This document shows positions 16,053 to 25,671 of a DNA stretch of 59,944 nucleotides, one piece after another (the first letter of the stretch is position 1; each line of letters opens with the position of its first letter). Both the position numbers and the translations under genes were made by a program. The notes below the pieces were generated by a model. It did not search any database. It was not told where the DNA came from and saw only the letters and a list, made by a program, of their open reading frames with translations. Origin of the DNA: a virus (lineage: Duplodnaviria; Caudoviricetes); IMG/VR virus record IMGVR_UViG_3300043661_000028, positions 1-59,944 of that record. One strand, written 5' to 3'.

Positions 16053-18392
16053 ATGCCGCTCGCCGACCTGGATACCTTCCCCCGGCCGTGCCCGATCCCC
16101 GGTCATCCCGAGGATCCGGAAGACACGGCCCGGCCGAGGGTGCCCGAGTCGGCGTGGCGGCGGTTCCGTGCCTGGCACCTAAAGGCCCCAGCGGAACGAC
16201 TCCCGCTCACGGGCATCGCGGTGACATGGCCAGCCGCGTGGCTGATGCACCTGATCCACGTCCGCCTCCTGGACATTGCGGTGGCCGCGGCTGCTGTCAC
16301 CGCCCTGGCGTGGCTGGTGTGGGCGTGGCACACGTGGAGGTACGACCGGGCCCTGGCCGCCCGCCGTCCCGCCCGGCAGCGTTTCCTGCCCAGCGAGGCG
16401 GCAGGTGTCGCGGCGGCCTCGGGCGGCTGGGTCACCGCCGCCGCCCACTGGGGTCCCCTCGCGCCGCCCGGCTGCTGGCCGACCGTCATCTACCTGGCCG
16501 GGGGGCTCTCCGGGTACCGGTGGCTGCGCCGCCATCCTGCCGTACAGGACGCGCGGGACCAGCGGGACGCAGCCGCCGAGCTGGTCCGCCGGAAAACCTG
16601 GTGGCACCTGATCGCCCACCTGATCGGCCTGGGCGGCTTCGACCTCGTGAACGTCATCCCGACGCTGCTCGGTGAGCAGCTGCTGCTGACCAGCGCCCCG
16701 GGGAGCCGCAGCGGCCGGGCATCCCAGATCGCCGGCCATCCGGAGGGAGTGGCGGAGAACCTGCTGCATCACCTCGGCATGGACTACGGCAATATCGATA
16801 TCACGACCCCGAAGCCGGGGTGGCTGCTGGTCGACATCCGCTATGAGGACCCGTCGATAGAAGGGCCGGTCAGGCACCCGATGATCGACCCCGGCTCCCG
16901 GTTCGCTGACTTGTTCCCCGCCGTGGCGTCGGTGCGCGACCCGGTGCCGCTGCTGGTCGTCCCGGAGACAGGCGAGGTCGCCAGCGTCGCGCTGTGGGAT
17001 GAGAACGGCGGGAAGGTCATCGGCGTGTACGCCGCGGGAGGCCAGGGCAAAACTACCGTGCTCAACGACCTCCGCGAGCGGATCACCGCGATGGATGACG
17101 CGGTGCTGCTGCAGGCGAACGGCGCGAAGGTCGGCGACGAGCTCGCGTGGGCGCCGCTGGCCGCCGGGACCGCGGCCGGGTCGGTACTGGCCGATGAGCC
17201 GGCCGGGACATGCGACAAGATCCTGGCCCTGCTGGAGTACGGGCAGCAGCTGATCACCGACCGGTCCGCCACGCACGTGATCACCGGCGACTCGGTGTTC
17301 CGGCCGACGAGGAAAGACCCGGCCGTGGTCATCGAGCTGGATGAGGTCGATGAGATCCTGAAGATCCCCGGGGCGCAGGCGGCGATCGAGTTCCTGGCCA
17401 GCAAGCGGCGCTCCTCCGCCGTCACGCTGGTCCTGGCCACCCAGCGGGCAATCCAGCGGTGGACCGGCGGCGGCGGCGTTATCGCGAACCTGACTGATGT
17501 CCTGATCGGGAACATGACCCGCGCGTCGGAATCCCGTCACGCGACCGGCGCCGATCATGAGATGCCGGATATCAGCGAGTACTCCAAGGGGCAGCCCGGC
17601 TATTTCCAGCACTGGGACCCGATGGCCAAGCGGGTCGTGGCCCGGGGCCGGGCGTTCAACATCGGGACGATCGGCGAGCAGCAGCGGAACATCATCTGGC
17701 GGCGTGACCCGGCCGCCCGGCCCGCGCTCCCGGGTCCGGAGCTGGACCTGGACGGCTACGGCCAGCCCGAACCTGACGACGACAGTCGACTACCCACGGC
17801 GGATGACCCGGACAGCCTGCGAGGCCGTCTCGCTCGCGCGGTCGGCCTGCTGCCTGGCGGTAACCAGGGACGACACGCCAAGGCCGCCGGCGCAGCCCCT
17901 CCCCCGGCCGGTCCCGCCCCGGCCGCTGCGCCCGGGCGGGCGGTGCGGATGATCCCCGGCGTCCCCGCTCCGGTGGCCGCCACGATGCTCAGGCTCCTCG
18001 CAGGAGAGGGCACTACGAGGGCGGCTATCGAGCAGGCCACCAGAGTGGGGAAGACGAAGGCGTACGAGTACCTGAACGCCGCCCGTAAGGCCGGCGTCGC
18101 GAAGCAAGTCGGGCAGGGCCCGGCCGCCCGCTGGCTACTAGCCGGTAACCCCGCAGGGGATGAGGTCCCCGGACCGGCCCCCGAGCCTGTGACCAGGCCT
18201 TACGGCACGATCGAGATGCTTGCCGATGCGGTCGCCGCCGGGCTGGTCGAGTGTAACGACGATACCCGGGAGATGCTCCTGAAGGCCCGGGAGCTGGCCG
18301 GGCAGGGGGCACCCCGCCAGCGAGGTCACCTGACCCTGCTGCCCACCGGGGATGGTGACCCGGCGGACACGGGAGCGGGTGACAGGCAGTGA
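16053..18392 (+). CDS. traB: FtsK/SpoIIIE-family DNA translocase, TraB-like
   Basis: N-terminal TMs; Walker A AAGGQGKT; Walker B VVIELDE; ASKRRSSAVTLVLATQR; C-terminal wHTH (GTTRAAIEQATRVGKTKAYEYL). Confidence 0.8.
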   Translation: MPLADLDTFPRPCPIPGHPEDPEDTARPRVPESAWRRFRAWHLKAPAERLPLTGIAVTWPAAWLMHLIHVRLLDIAVAAAAVTALAWLVWAWHTWRYDRALAARRPARQRFLPSEAAGVAAASGGWVTAAAHWGPLAPPGCWPTVIYLAGGLSGYRWLRRHPAVQDARDQRDAAAELVRRKTWWHLIAHLIGLGGFDLVNVIPTLLGEQLLLTSAPGSRSGRASQIAGHPEGVAENLLHHLGMDYGNIDITTPKPGWLLVDIRYEDPSIEGPVRHPMIDPGSRFADLFPAVASVRDPVPLLVVPETGEVASVALWDENGGKVIGVYAAGGQGKTTVLNDLRERITAMDDAVLLQANGAKVGDELAWAPLAAGTAAGSVLADEPAGTCDKILALLEYGQQLITDRSATHVITGDSVFRPTRKDPAVVIELDEVDEILKIPGAQAAIEFLASKRRSSAVTLVLATQRAIQRWTGGGGVIANLTDVLIGNMTRASESRHATGADHEMPDISEYSKGQPGYFQHWDPMAKRVVARGRAFNIGTIGEQQRNIIWRRDPAARPALPGPELDLDGYGQPEPDDDSRLPTADDPDSLRGRLARAVGLLPGGNQGRHAKAAGAAPPPAGPAPAAAPGRAVRMIPGVPAPVAATMLRLLAGEGTTRAAIEQATRVGKTKAYEYLNAARKAGVAKQVGQGPAARWLLAGNPAGDEVPGPAPEPVTRPYGTIEMLADAVAAGLVECNDDTREMLLKARELAGQGAPRQRGHLTLLPTGDGDPADTGAGDRQ

Positions 18393-18463
18393 GTAAAGAG
18401 GGGACGGGTGTGCGAGCCTGCCACGTACCTACCGCAGATCGTTCGTGCACCATCACTGGCCAG

Positions 18464-18510
18464 CGAACGAACGACTCCGCGAACGACTCCGCGAAAGATC
18501 TCACGAACGG
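18464..18510 (+). repeat. 12-bp period direct repeats after traB (clt-like)
   Basis: CGAACGACTCCG x2 (18468, 18480), CGAAAGATCTCA (18492), CGAACGG (18504). Confidence 0.6.
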
Positions 18511-18540
18511 TTTTCCGGTGACGCCCGGTAGTGGAAAGAG

Positions 18541-19269
18541 GTGAGCGGGATGGGTGCAGAGCAGGCCCGGGAGCTGTACATCCAGGCTGAGGTGCTCGCC
18601 GAGATCAGCGACCTGGCCGAGGTGGCCGGTGAAGTTCTCGCCGGCGCCGAGCAGGCCGGAGCGGACCGCGGCGCCGTCACCGGCCTGATTACCGCGATCC
18701 GGGCCCTCGACCCGGGCATGGCCGTCCGCTATGACGCGGGCAGCGCCTCTGACCGGCGCGTTAACACCGGCTACCGGTCAGAGTGGGAGTTCCTCGAAGG
18801 TGTCAGCGATGCTGAGGATCAGCTCGAGCAGCGCCGTCGTGCCGCCGCCGCCCTGCTTGCCGCCGTCGTGACGCTGCAGGACTCCGCGCTGAAAGCCCTC
18901 GGCGCCGCCGAGGCTGACCTGACTGCCGCGCATCGCCAGCTGACCGCCGCGATCGCCTGGCCGGTCAATGAGCCGTGCACCGGCTGCCACGGCGCGAAGC
19001 AGGCCGACATAGACGAGGCCGAGGCCGCGGTAGCCGGCGCGGACGACCGGGCCCGGGATGCCCGGCAGTCCGTCGCCGTGTGCGAGACCGCGGCTGAGGT
19101 CCTGGACGATCTCGCCGCCGCCGTTAAAGCGGTGCTCACCTGCGTCCGCAGGGTCCCGCAGGACCTCGGCGAGGTGTACGAGCTGGTGCACACGTTCATC
19201 CGCAACGGCGGCAGGCTCCCGGACTACGCCCGGTGGGTTGAAGGGACAGCGCGCCACGGGGTGGCGTGA
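18541..19269 (+). CDS. Coiled-coil protein with CxxCH motif
   Basis: Ala/Glu-rich helical ORF within the operon. Confidence 0.6.
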   Translation: MSGMGAEQARELYIQAEVLAEISDLAEVAGEVLAGAEQAGADRGAVTGLITAIRALDPGMAVRYDAGSASDRRVNTGYRSEWEFLEGVSDAEDQLEQRRRAAAALLAAVVTLQDSALKALGAAEADLTAAHRQLTAAIAWPVNEPCTGCHGAKQADIDEAEAAVAGADDRARDARQSVAVCETAAEVLDDLAAAVKAVLTCVRRVPQDLGEVYELVHTFIRNGGRLPDYARWVEGTARHGVA

Positions 19270-19306
19270 CTCCCTCAAGTCACTCATGAGAAGAAAGGTG
19301 CTCCTG

Positions 19307-20218
19307 ATGAGCGCTGCAGCACAGGTGAACGGCCGCCAGCATCCCGCGAGCCGGCCGACGCAGGTCACCATGGAGCCGATCGTCATTCCCGGCCGCACTG
19401 GCAACGAGTTCCGTGCCGCGGCCGGCCTGGCATCCTGGTCGCCCGCAGTCCTGGTGTCGGAACTAGCGGCACAGGCGCCGTTGCAGGAAGCCGGCACCGA
19501 GCCCGGGCCGGCTACGGCAGGCGGCCGGCTCGACGGCGACACGGCCATCCGCGCCCTGGCCGCTGTCGTGGTCCTGGCCGTCGCCGCGTTCGCCGCCATC
19601 GTAAGTTACAGTCACATCTTCGATCTCGGCGTTCACCACGGCCAGAACGGCACTGCTGCCAGGCTGCTGCCGCTGTCGGTCGACGGGCTGATCGCGTCGG
19701 CGTCGCTTGTCATGCTGCACGCCGCCAGGCGCAAACTTGACGTGCCGTGGCTGGCGCGGGCGATGCTGGCGCTGGGCGTCGGCGCGACTGTCGCCGCTAA
19801 CGTCGGGTACGGCCTGCCGTTCGGGTGGCTGTCCGCTGTCGTGTCGGCGTGGCCGGCGGTGGCGTTCGTCGGGAGCGTGGAGATGGCGGTCAGGTTTGTC
19901 CGCGACGCCCGCCACGACAGCGGCAGCGGACAGGACAAGATGCCGGCCGTCCGCGCCTGCGACACCCGCCAGGCCGTGCCGCTGACCGGCAGGAATGACG
20001 CGCCACGCCAGGACAGGACAGCGGACAGGCCGCAGGGCGGTCAGGGCACGGCGCCGGTGTCGCGCAGCCGCGCCGCCGGCGCGTCCGGGCGTGCCGGGGC
20101 TGCTGCCATCCTGAAGGACAAGCCTGGCCTGCCAGACGCTGAGGTGGCGAAGCTGGCCAGGGTGTCGGTGCGCACGGTCCAGCGCGCCAGGAACGACAGC
20201 GCAGGGAGCACGGCATGA
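19307..20218 (+). CDS. DUF2637 (SpdA-like) membrane protein with C-terminal HTH
   Basis: AFAAIVSYSHIFDL...ARLLPLSVDGLI...ATVAANV...SAWPAVA; PDAEVAKLARVSVRTVQRAR. Confidence 0.8.
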   Translation: MSAAAQVNGRQHPASRPTQVTMEPIVIPGRTGNEFRAAAGLASWSPAVLVSELAAQAPLQEAGTEPGPATAGGRLDGDTAIRALAAVVVLAVAAFAAIVSYSHIFDLGVHHGQNGTAARLLPLSVDGLIASASLVMLHAARRKLDVPWLARAMLALGVGATVAANVGYGLPFGWLSAVVSAWPAVAFVGSVEMAVRFVRDARHDSGSGQDKMPAVRACDTRQAVPLTGRNDAPRQDRTADRPQGGQGTAPVSRSRAAGASGRAGAAAILKDKPGLPDAEVAKLARVSVRTVQRARNDSAGSTA

Positions 20219-20622
20219 GCGAGACCGGGACGCCCCGCCAGAACCGCGAAGGTCACCCGTGCCCGCCGTGGTGCGAGACCGATCATGACAAGGCGCACGG
20301 TGCCGCCGGGCTCTTCATGTTCCACGGCGGCGCCACTGCCGGCATCGAGGTGCGCGGCAAGGCCGCGTCGGGGCTGCGGGACAGGATCTACGCGTGCCCC
20401 TTCAGCGCCGGCCAGCCCGGCTACGAGCCGGTCGTCAGCGTGGCCAGCATCCGGTACGGCGCCGTCGGCGCGGACCCGCAGGTCTGGCTGAGCGCCCGCG
20501 ACGCGGGCGAGCTAGCCGGCCTGGTCGAGATGCTCGCCACCGCGACCCCGGCCCAGCATCGGGAGCTGGCAGCCGCGATCCGCAGGGCTGCCGCGCAGAT
20601 CACGGAGGCATCCGATGGCTGA
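20215..20622 (+). CDS. DUF6907-like protein
   Basis: HPCPPWCETDH...LSARDAGELA. Confidence 0.55.
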   Translation: MSETGTPRQNREGHPCPPWCETDHDKAHGAAGLFMFHGGATAGIEVRGKAASGLRDRIYACPFSAGQPGYEPVVSVASIRYGAVGADPQVWLSARDAGELAGLVEMLATATPAQHRELAAAIRRAAAQITEASDG

Positions 20623-20899
20623 CCTGGAGCAGCGCCGCCGTACCGTCCGCGTCCTCGATCTGCTGAGCGATTCGTTCGAGGCGCACGAGCGCGGCGACGC
20701 AGCCGGGATGGGCCGCCTCATCGATGAGGCCCTCGAGGTAGACGCGTTCGCGGTATCCGGCATCCAGGGCGGCATCATCATCGGGGAGATCCCGGATCCG
20801 GCCCGGGACTGGCCGGGGTGGGGGCTGTATGTGGACGCCGCGAGGGAAGCGCTGATGGCGGCGGAAGCGGAGGGGGAAGGTCCGCCCGGGCCCCGATAA
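20615..20899 (+). CDS. Hypothetical protein
   Basis: Overlapping ORF, good codon usage. Confidence 0.55.
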   Translation: MADLEQRRRTVRVLDLLSDSFEAHERGDAAGMGRLIDEALEVDAFAVSGIQGGIIIGEIPDPARDWPGWGLYVDAAREALMAAEAEGEGPPGPR

Positions 20900-21582
20900 C
20901 ATGACCATGGCCCGGTGCCGGATCGAGCACCTGCCCCGGGCGCGAGGACATAGGGTTCCCCGTCGCGAGGGTTGTCCTCTTTGAAACACGGTGGCGGCGG
21001 CAGTGGTCACTGACCGGCTGTGAACGGCGGTTGGGTCTTGGCAGTTCCCCGGCCAAAGAACTGCCGCCTGAACGGATGCAGGGGGGCGCGTGGTGCGGGA
21101 GGCGGACGCGGCGGCGCTGGTGGCCGACGTGATGGTGGCGCTCGGCCTGCGCGGCCACGACGTGAAGGTGACGCACGCGAACGGGCCGCGCCTGCTGCGG
21201 CTGGGTGCGCTGATGCTCGACGGGTTCGGCGTCACTGGAGACGAAGGGATGGCTGATGAGCCCACGACGCAACATATCGCCCGAGGAACATGCCCTGGCG
21301 CGGGCCCAGGGGCACGCTTACATCGCGGTCAACTGGATCCAGTGCCCGGCATGCGACAACCGGCAGGCCGGCCCGATTCACCGGACGAGTATCCGGCTCT
21401 GGCAGGGACGCGCCGACCGCGCACAGAGGCACGACGGTGTTGATCCGCTCAGCGGTGTCACGCTCGCAGATGCCGAACGCCACCTAGCGGTCCGCGCAGC
21501 GCAGATGCCCTCCAGTGCGCCCGCTGCTACTGTGACGACTACGCCACGTACAACCTGCGTCCGGCTGAGACAGGCGGCACCG

Positions 21583-22032
21583 ATGACGGCCCGGCCTGAC
21601 TACGGACCCCGCCAGCTAGCCGACTACCTCGGCGCGTTCTACGGCCAGGTCGACCGGGCCCGCTCCTTCGGCCTGCTGCCGGAACCGGACAAGGGCGGCG
21701 GCAGGCGCTGGTCTGCCGCCGCAGCGGACAAGATCCACGCTCGCTGGCCGGAGATCAGGGCGGCAGTAGAGTGCATCGGCGCACCCGGCCTCCGGCAACG
21801 AGGCTGGACTGAGGCGATGATCCGGGACCTCCTGGGGAAGCCGGACGTGCTGACTGATAACCCGCACTTCAAGACCGCCGCACCTAGGCGGCTGTGGCTC
21901 CTGCAGAAGGTGGAGGCGGCCGAGGCTACGCCGGAGTTCGCCTCGCGGAGGGACCGCGCCGCCCGCCAGTGCGCAGCCGCCGCTAAGGCGTCGGGAACCC
22001 GGAAGCTCTGGAAAGCGCTAGGGGGTGCGTGA
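21583..22032 (+). CDS. Conserved hypothetical protein (RGWTEAMIRDLLGKPD...NPH family)
   Basis: Likely start ATG 21583; N-terminal MerR-like HTH segment. Confidence 0.55.
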   Translation: MTARPDYGPRQLADYLGAFYGQVDRARSFGLLPEPDKGGGRRWSAAAADKIHARWPEIRAAVECIGAPGLRQRGWTEAMIRDLLGKPDVLTDNPHFKTAAPRRLWLLQKVEAAEATPEFASRRDRAARQCAAAAKASGTRKLWKALGGA

Positions 22033-22259
22033 TGGCTAGCCTCGCCCCCGATCCCCGCGACTGGACACCTGACCAGCTCATGGAGTGCATATCTCTGGCG
22101 ATCAGGGCAAAGGACTTCGAGGCCGTCCCTCACCTGATCACGCTACTGGCGTTCAAGGACGCGCACCTGGCCGAGACCGTGCACGGGTCGATGATGGCCG
22201 TGCTGACGGCAGGCCGGAGCGCAGTGGCGAGGGAAGGCGGCAGTGATGACGATCGATGA
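22029..22259 (+). CDS. Hypothetical protein
   Basis: Overlapping-gene chain. Confidence 0.5.
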   Translation: MMASLAPDPRDWTPDQLMECISLAIRAKDFEAVPHLITLLAFKDAHLAETVHGSMMAVLTAGRSAVAREGGSDDDR

Positions 22260-22521
22260 GGCCCGCGCCCATATCGGCGACGCCTATGACGCGATCCTGC
22301 GCGAGATCCCGCCGGCCGGCTCGACCACCTCCTGGTCCGCCGGCCGGGATCACCGGCTGCGCGTAGCCGCCGACGGTATGCGCATGGTGCTGGCCGCGCT
22401 GCTCGACGTCACCGGCCGGGATCCGGTTGATCTCGTGCGGGAGGCGTGCACGCTGCTGGCCGGGTTCGGCGCCGGAACCGTTGAGAGTACGGAGGAAGAC
22501 CATGATCGAGGTCGGCAATAA
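22243..22521 (+). CDS. Hypothetical protein ending in a copy of DPVDLVREACTLLAG
   Basis: Overlapping-gene chain; shares 46 bp with the 23012 gene. Confidence 0.5.
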   Translation: MMTIDEARAHIGDAYDAILREIPPAGSTTSWSAGRDHRLRVAADGMRMVLAALLDVTGRDPVDLVREACTLLAGFGAGTVESTEEDHDRGRQ

Positions 22522-22711
22522 CCCTGGCAGCCTGGGCGCGGTAATCGTGCACTCCACCGAGTCCGGCCAGTTCCTCGGCTGCACCCGGGTGGAGTTCGAG
22601 CAGCTGGCCGCCGCGATCAAGTGCGGCGATTTCGACGCGTTCCTGGGGATGCGGGAGAAGTCGGCGGTGGCCGACGGCGGCGCCGACTGGCGCGAGCCAG
22701 GATCGAGGTAG
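22502..22711 (+). CDS. DUF397-like protein (lacks WRKSS N-terminus)
   Basis: IEVG...GAVIVHSTES...TRVEFEQLAAAIKCGDFD resembles the DUF397 C-terminal motif; SD GGAGG. Confidence 0.5.
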   Translation: MIEVGNNPGSLGAVIVHSTESGQFLGCTRVEFEQLAAAIKCGDFDAFLGMREKSAVADGGADWREPGSR

Positions 22712-23011
22712 ACGCGGTGGCCGGCCTGACACTGAAGTGGAGCTGCGACTCCTCAAAGCTGCGGCGCGTGACGCTCGACATCTGCGAGCCGTGCGTCGAG
22801 GGCGCAGGCGGCGAGTGCCACACGCCGGGCTGCGCGTTCTGGATGATGCGGGCACCGGAAACGCCGCTCTATTTCGCGATGACCGGCCAGGAGTTCAACG
22901 AACGCTACGGGTGACGGCGGCGGCTCGCATCACCTCACCTGCGCGGATGCCCTAGACTCCTGACATCTCCTGATAGCGGCAACTGCGGGCAGGTGACCAG
23001 CGTGGGTGGCG

Positions 23012-23644
23012 ATGGCTGATCCGGTTGACCTGGTGCGCGAGGCGTGCACGCTGCTGGCCGGGTACATGGGCGTCCTGGAACGCCTCGTCGCCGAGCCGTC
23101 CTCGGCGCCGGGCGGCGCCGCGGGCATGACGCCCCGCGCCGCTGACACCCCCGAACCGTGGAACGCCCCCGCCGGCCGGGCGCTGCTGGACGGCCATGAG
23201 GGTGCCCGCCGGCTGGAAGCCGCGCTCCGCTACGCGATCACCGGCCGCCCCGGCGCCCGCCGCGGCGGGTCCGCGGGGAACACCGCCGCCGCGCTGGACG
23301 CGATCCCGGCCCTGGCCGCCGGCCTGGATGAGGACGCGGGCGCCGCCGCGGTGCGGATCCTGGACCGGTGGATCAACGAGGCCCGCGCGATCCCCGCGAT
23401 CGACGAGGCGCAGCAGTGGCGCCCTTTGCGGTCCCGCCCGTGCCCGCACTGCCGCTGTTTCTTCCTGAAGGTGCTGCTCGACGCTACGGGGCGCCCGGCC
23501 GGGCATGTGGAGTGCTTTACCGTGGGCTGCCGTGACGGGAGCGGGCTGCGGGCGGTCGCGGCGATGGGCACCGACGACCATGGCCGGCCGGTGCTGGCCT
23601 GGGCGGATGGCCTTGTCGAGACCGTTCCGGACCTGGACGGGTGA
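23012..23644 (+). CDS. Zinc-ribbon protein, candidate late-gene regulator subunit
   Basis: PCPHCRCFFLKV...VECFTVGC; position ahead of the late region. Confidence 0.5.
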   Translation: MADPVDLVREACTLLAGYMGVLERLVAEPSSAPGGAAGMTPRAADTPEPWNAPAGRALLDGHEGARRLEAALRYAITGRPGARRGGSAGNTAAALDAIPALAAGLDEDAGAAAVRILDRWINEARAIPAIDEAQQWRPLRSRPCPHCRCFFLKVLLDATGRPAGHVECFTVGCRDGSGLRAVAAMGTDDHGRPVLAWADGLVETVPDLDG

Positions 23645-23646
23645 CC

Positions 23647-23880
23647 ATGGCTACTTTCCGGCAGGCCCTGGAAGCCCTGATCAACGATCACTCCATGGAG
23701 AACGTCTCCGATACGCCTGATTACATCCTGGCCAGCTACCTGGCCAAGTGCCTGGAGGCGTTCGACGGCGCCACGGTCGAGCGCGACCGCTGGCATGGCT
23801 GGCGAGACGGGACGCCGGGCAATGGCGGGCCGCTGAGGAAATGGCAGGAAACGACCAAGGCGGCCGGGGATGGCGCCTAG
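23647..23880 (+). CDS. Conserved phage hypothetical protein (LIN.HS.EN.SDTPD.ILA family)
   Basis: Recognisable motif. Confidence 0.6.
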   Translation: MATFRQALEALINDHSMENVSDTPDYILASYLAKCLEAFDGATVERDRWHGWRDGTPGNGGPLRKWQETTKAAGDGA

Positions 23881-24093
23881 ATGGCTGAGGCGGACCAGGG
23901 GACCGGACGGGCGAAAGGCCGGTGCCCGGACTGCGGGCGGGTCATCTCCGGCCGTGCCGTCGGCATCCAGCGCGCCGCCGCCGACCGGAAGTTCGTCGCG
24001 CTCTCCCCGCACGTCCGCGCCGCGACCCGCCGCCGGAACGAGGCGTGCCTCACGCGCGGCGGGTACCGCGTCGTCCCCCGCATCGCCGGCTGA
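23881..24093 (+). CDS. Small Zn-ribbon protein
   Basis: GRCPDCGR...H...C. Confidence 0.5.
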   Translation: MAEADQGTGRAKGRCPDCGRVISGRAVGIQRAAADRKFVALSPHVRAATRRRNEACLTRGGYRVVPRIAG

Positions 24094-24633
24094 CCCGCGC
24101 GACCCCCGCGATATCGCGCTCGCCATAGCCAGGGAAGCCTGCGCGCCGCCGCCGCTCGGCCAGCTCGCCGCTAGCACCATGCTCGCCGCCGCCCCGGTGC
24201 CCGGCAAGATCCTGGAGGAGTGGCGGCATGCCGCCCTGGGCGCGTGGATAGCGTGGCCGCACGCTGCGGACGCGGTCCACGCGGAGGAGATGACCGCCGG
24301 GCAGCTCCGTGCCCTGCTCGCCGCCCGGGACAGCCATGGCTGAGCGCGACGAGGTCCTCGAGGCGGTAGTCCGCGATGAGCTGCTCGCCCAGGGCCTCGA
24401 TGAGGACTCCGCGGACGAGGCCATCGTGACCATGCGCGACCAGGGCATGTTCGACGTGCCGGACTGGACGCCGTGACCGGCCCGCGCTGGCTGCGCTGTG
24501 CTGCGTGCGGTGAGCGCATGGCCGCTGACCTCTTCTGTTCCGACCTTGCGGTCCTGACGCTGCACTGGATGAGCCGCCACGCGGCAAGGTGGCTTCAGAT
24601 GCACCCTGAGGACGCCCCCTACCTGGATGCCGG

Positions 24634-24873
24634 ATGAGTGCCGCCCACGGCTGGACGGTCAGCGAGGCGTGTGCAGAGTTCGAACGCGCTGGCCTGCCCG
24701 TCGCCGAGGACCGGTTCCGCATGGCGATCCGCGCCGTCAAGCTCAAGCCCGTCGGTGAGAAGCCGTCAGGTGAGCGCGGCGGCCGCGGGCAGCTCCTGTA
24801 CGAGATCGGCCAATTGCAGCGCCTGCACTCTGCTTTGGCTCCGTGGCTGATAGCGGCGCAGGATGGACCATGA
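24634..24873 (+). CDS. MerR/excisionase-like HTH protein
   Basis: WTVSEACAEF...GGRGQLLYEIGQLQRLH. Confidence 0.5.
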   Translation: MSAAHGWTVSEACAEFERAGLPVAEDRFRMAIRAVKLKPVGEKPSGERGGRGQLLYEIGQLQRLHSALAPWLIAAQDGP

Positions 24874-25053
24874 CGGATCAGGCGAACGCCGGCGAGCTCG
24901 CAACGGTGCTCGAGCAGATCGCCGATTACAGCTCTGACGGCGACATCCGCGCCCACGTGCGCCAGGTGATCGAAGCGCTTCGCGGCAACGGGCTGATCAT
25001 CCTCAACGGGCCACCGCAGCACACGCTATCGGGAGACACGTGACGTCCGTCTC

Positions 25054-25081
25054 TTGACAGCGGGTTAAATTTCCCTAACCT
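25054..25081 (+). promoter_or_regulatory. Candidate late promoter
   Basis: TTGACA-16 bp-TAACCT followed by about 160 nt of noncoding leader. Confidence 0.5.
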
Positions 25082-25241
25082 GGCCCTAGGAGCAGTATGT
25101 CCGGACCCCCGAGGGCAGGCTCCGCCGCTAACGCCCGCATCCGCTCCGCGGGCATCCCCAGCGCGGCATCTCAGGCCCGGCGTCCAGCCCCCGCGGATAC
25201 CGGGCCTGATGCCTGCCACCCCGCAAAACGGAGGATCAATC

Positions 25242-25439
25242 ATGTCCTGGAGCCTGAACGCGGCCGGCCACGTCCCCGCGCCCGACCCGTCCGCAGGTGC
25301 CGCAGCCGACGCCGCGGCCGCCGAGATGGAGCTGTACGAGGCACTGAAAGCGGTCCTGTCCGACCCGAAGTACGGGACGAGCACGTCGAGTTTCGGCGGC
25401 AGCCACGTCTCCGGCAGCCTCCACCAGGCGGACAGCTGA
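25242..25439 (+). CDS. Hypothetical protein
   Basis: SD GGAGGA, ATG 25242. Confidence 0.55.
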   Translation: MSWSLNAAGHVPAPDPSAGAAADAAAAEMELYEALKAVLSDPKYGTSTSSFGGSHVSGSLHQADS

Positions 25440-25671
25440 GCCGTGGCCACCAGCCTGGTGAACGGCCTTGAGTTCTACGACGCCTGCTGGTGCGCGGGCA
25501 CAGGCTGCGGCGGCCATCTCATGCCGCCATGGGGACCGGAGGTCAAGGTCACGCCGATCGGCTATCAGGGTGCGGCGCAGCACACGTACACCATGGCCTG
25601 CGACGGCTTCCATGAGCCCGGGCCGTGCCCGCCGTCACAGCAGCCCGTACGGGTGGAATTCGGAGGCTGAC

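Noticed and set aside
25082-25240. tRNA or riboswitch in the late leader
   Set aside because: GC-rich pairing is possible, but no cloverleaf, T-loop or recognisable aptamer was seen; a cmscan would be needed
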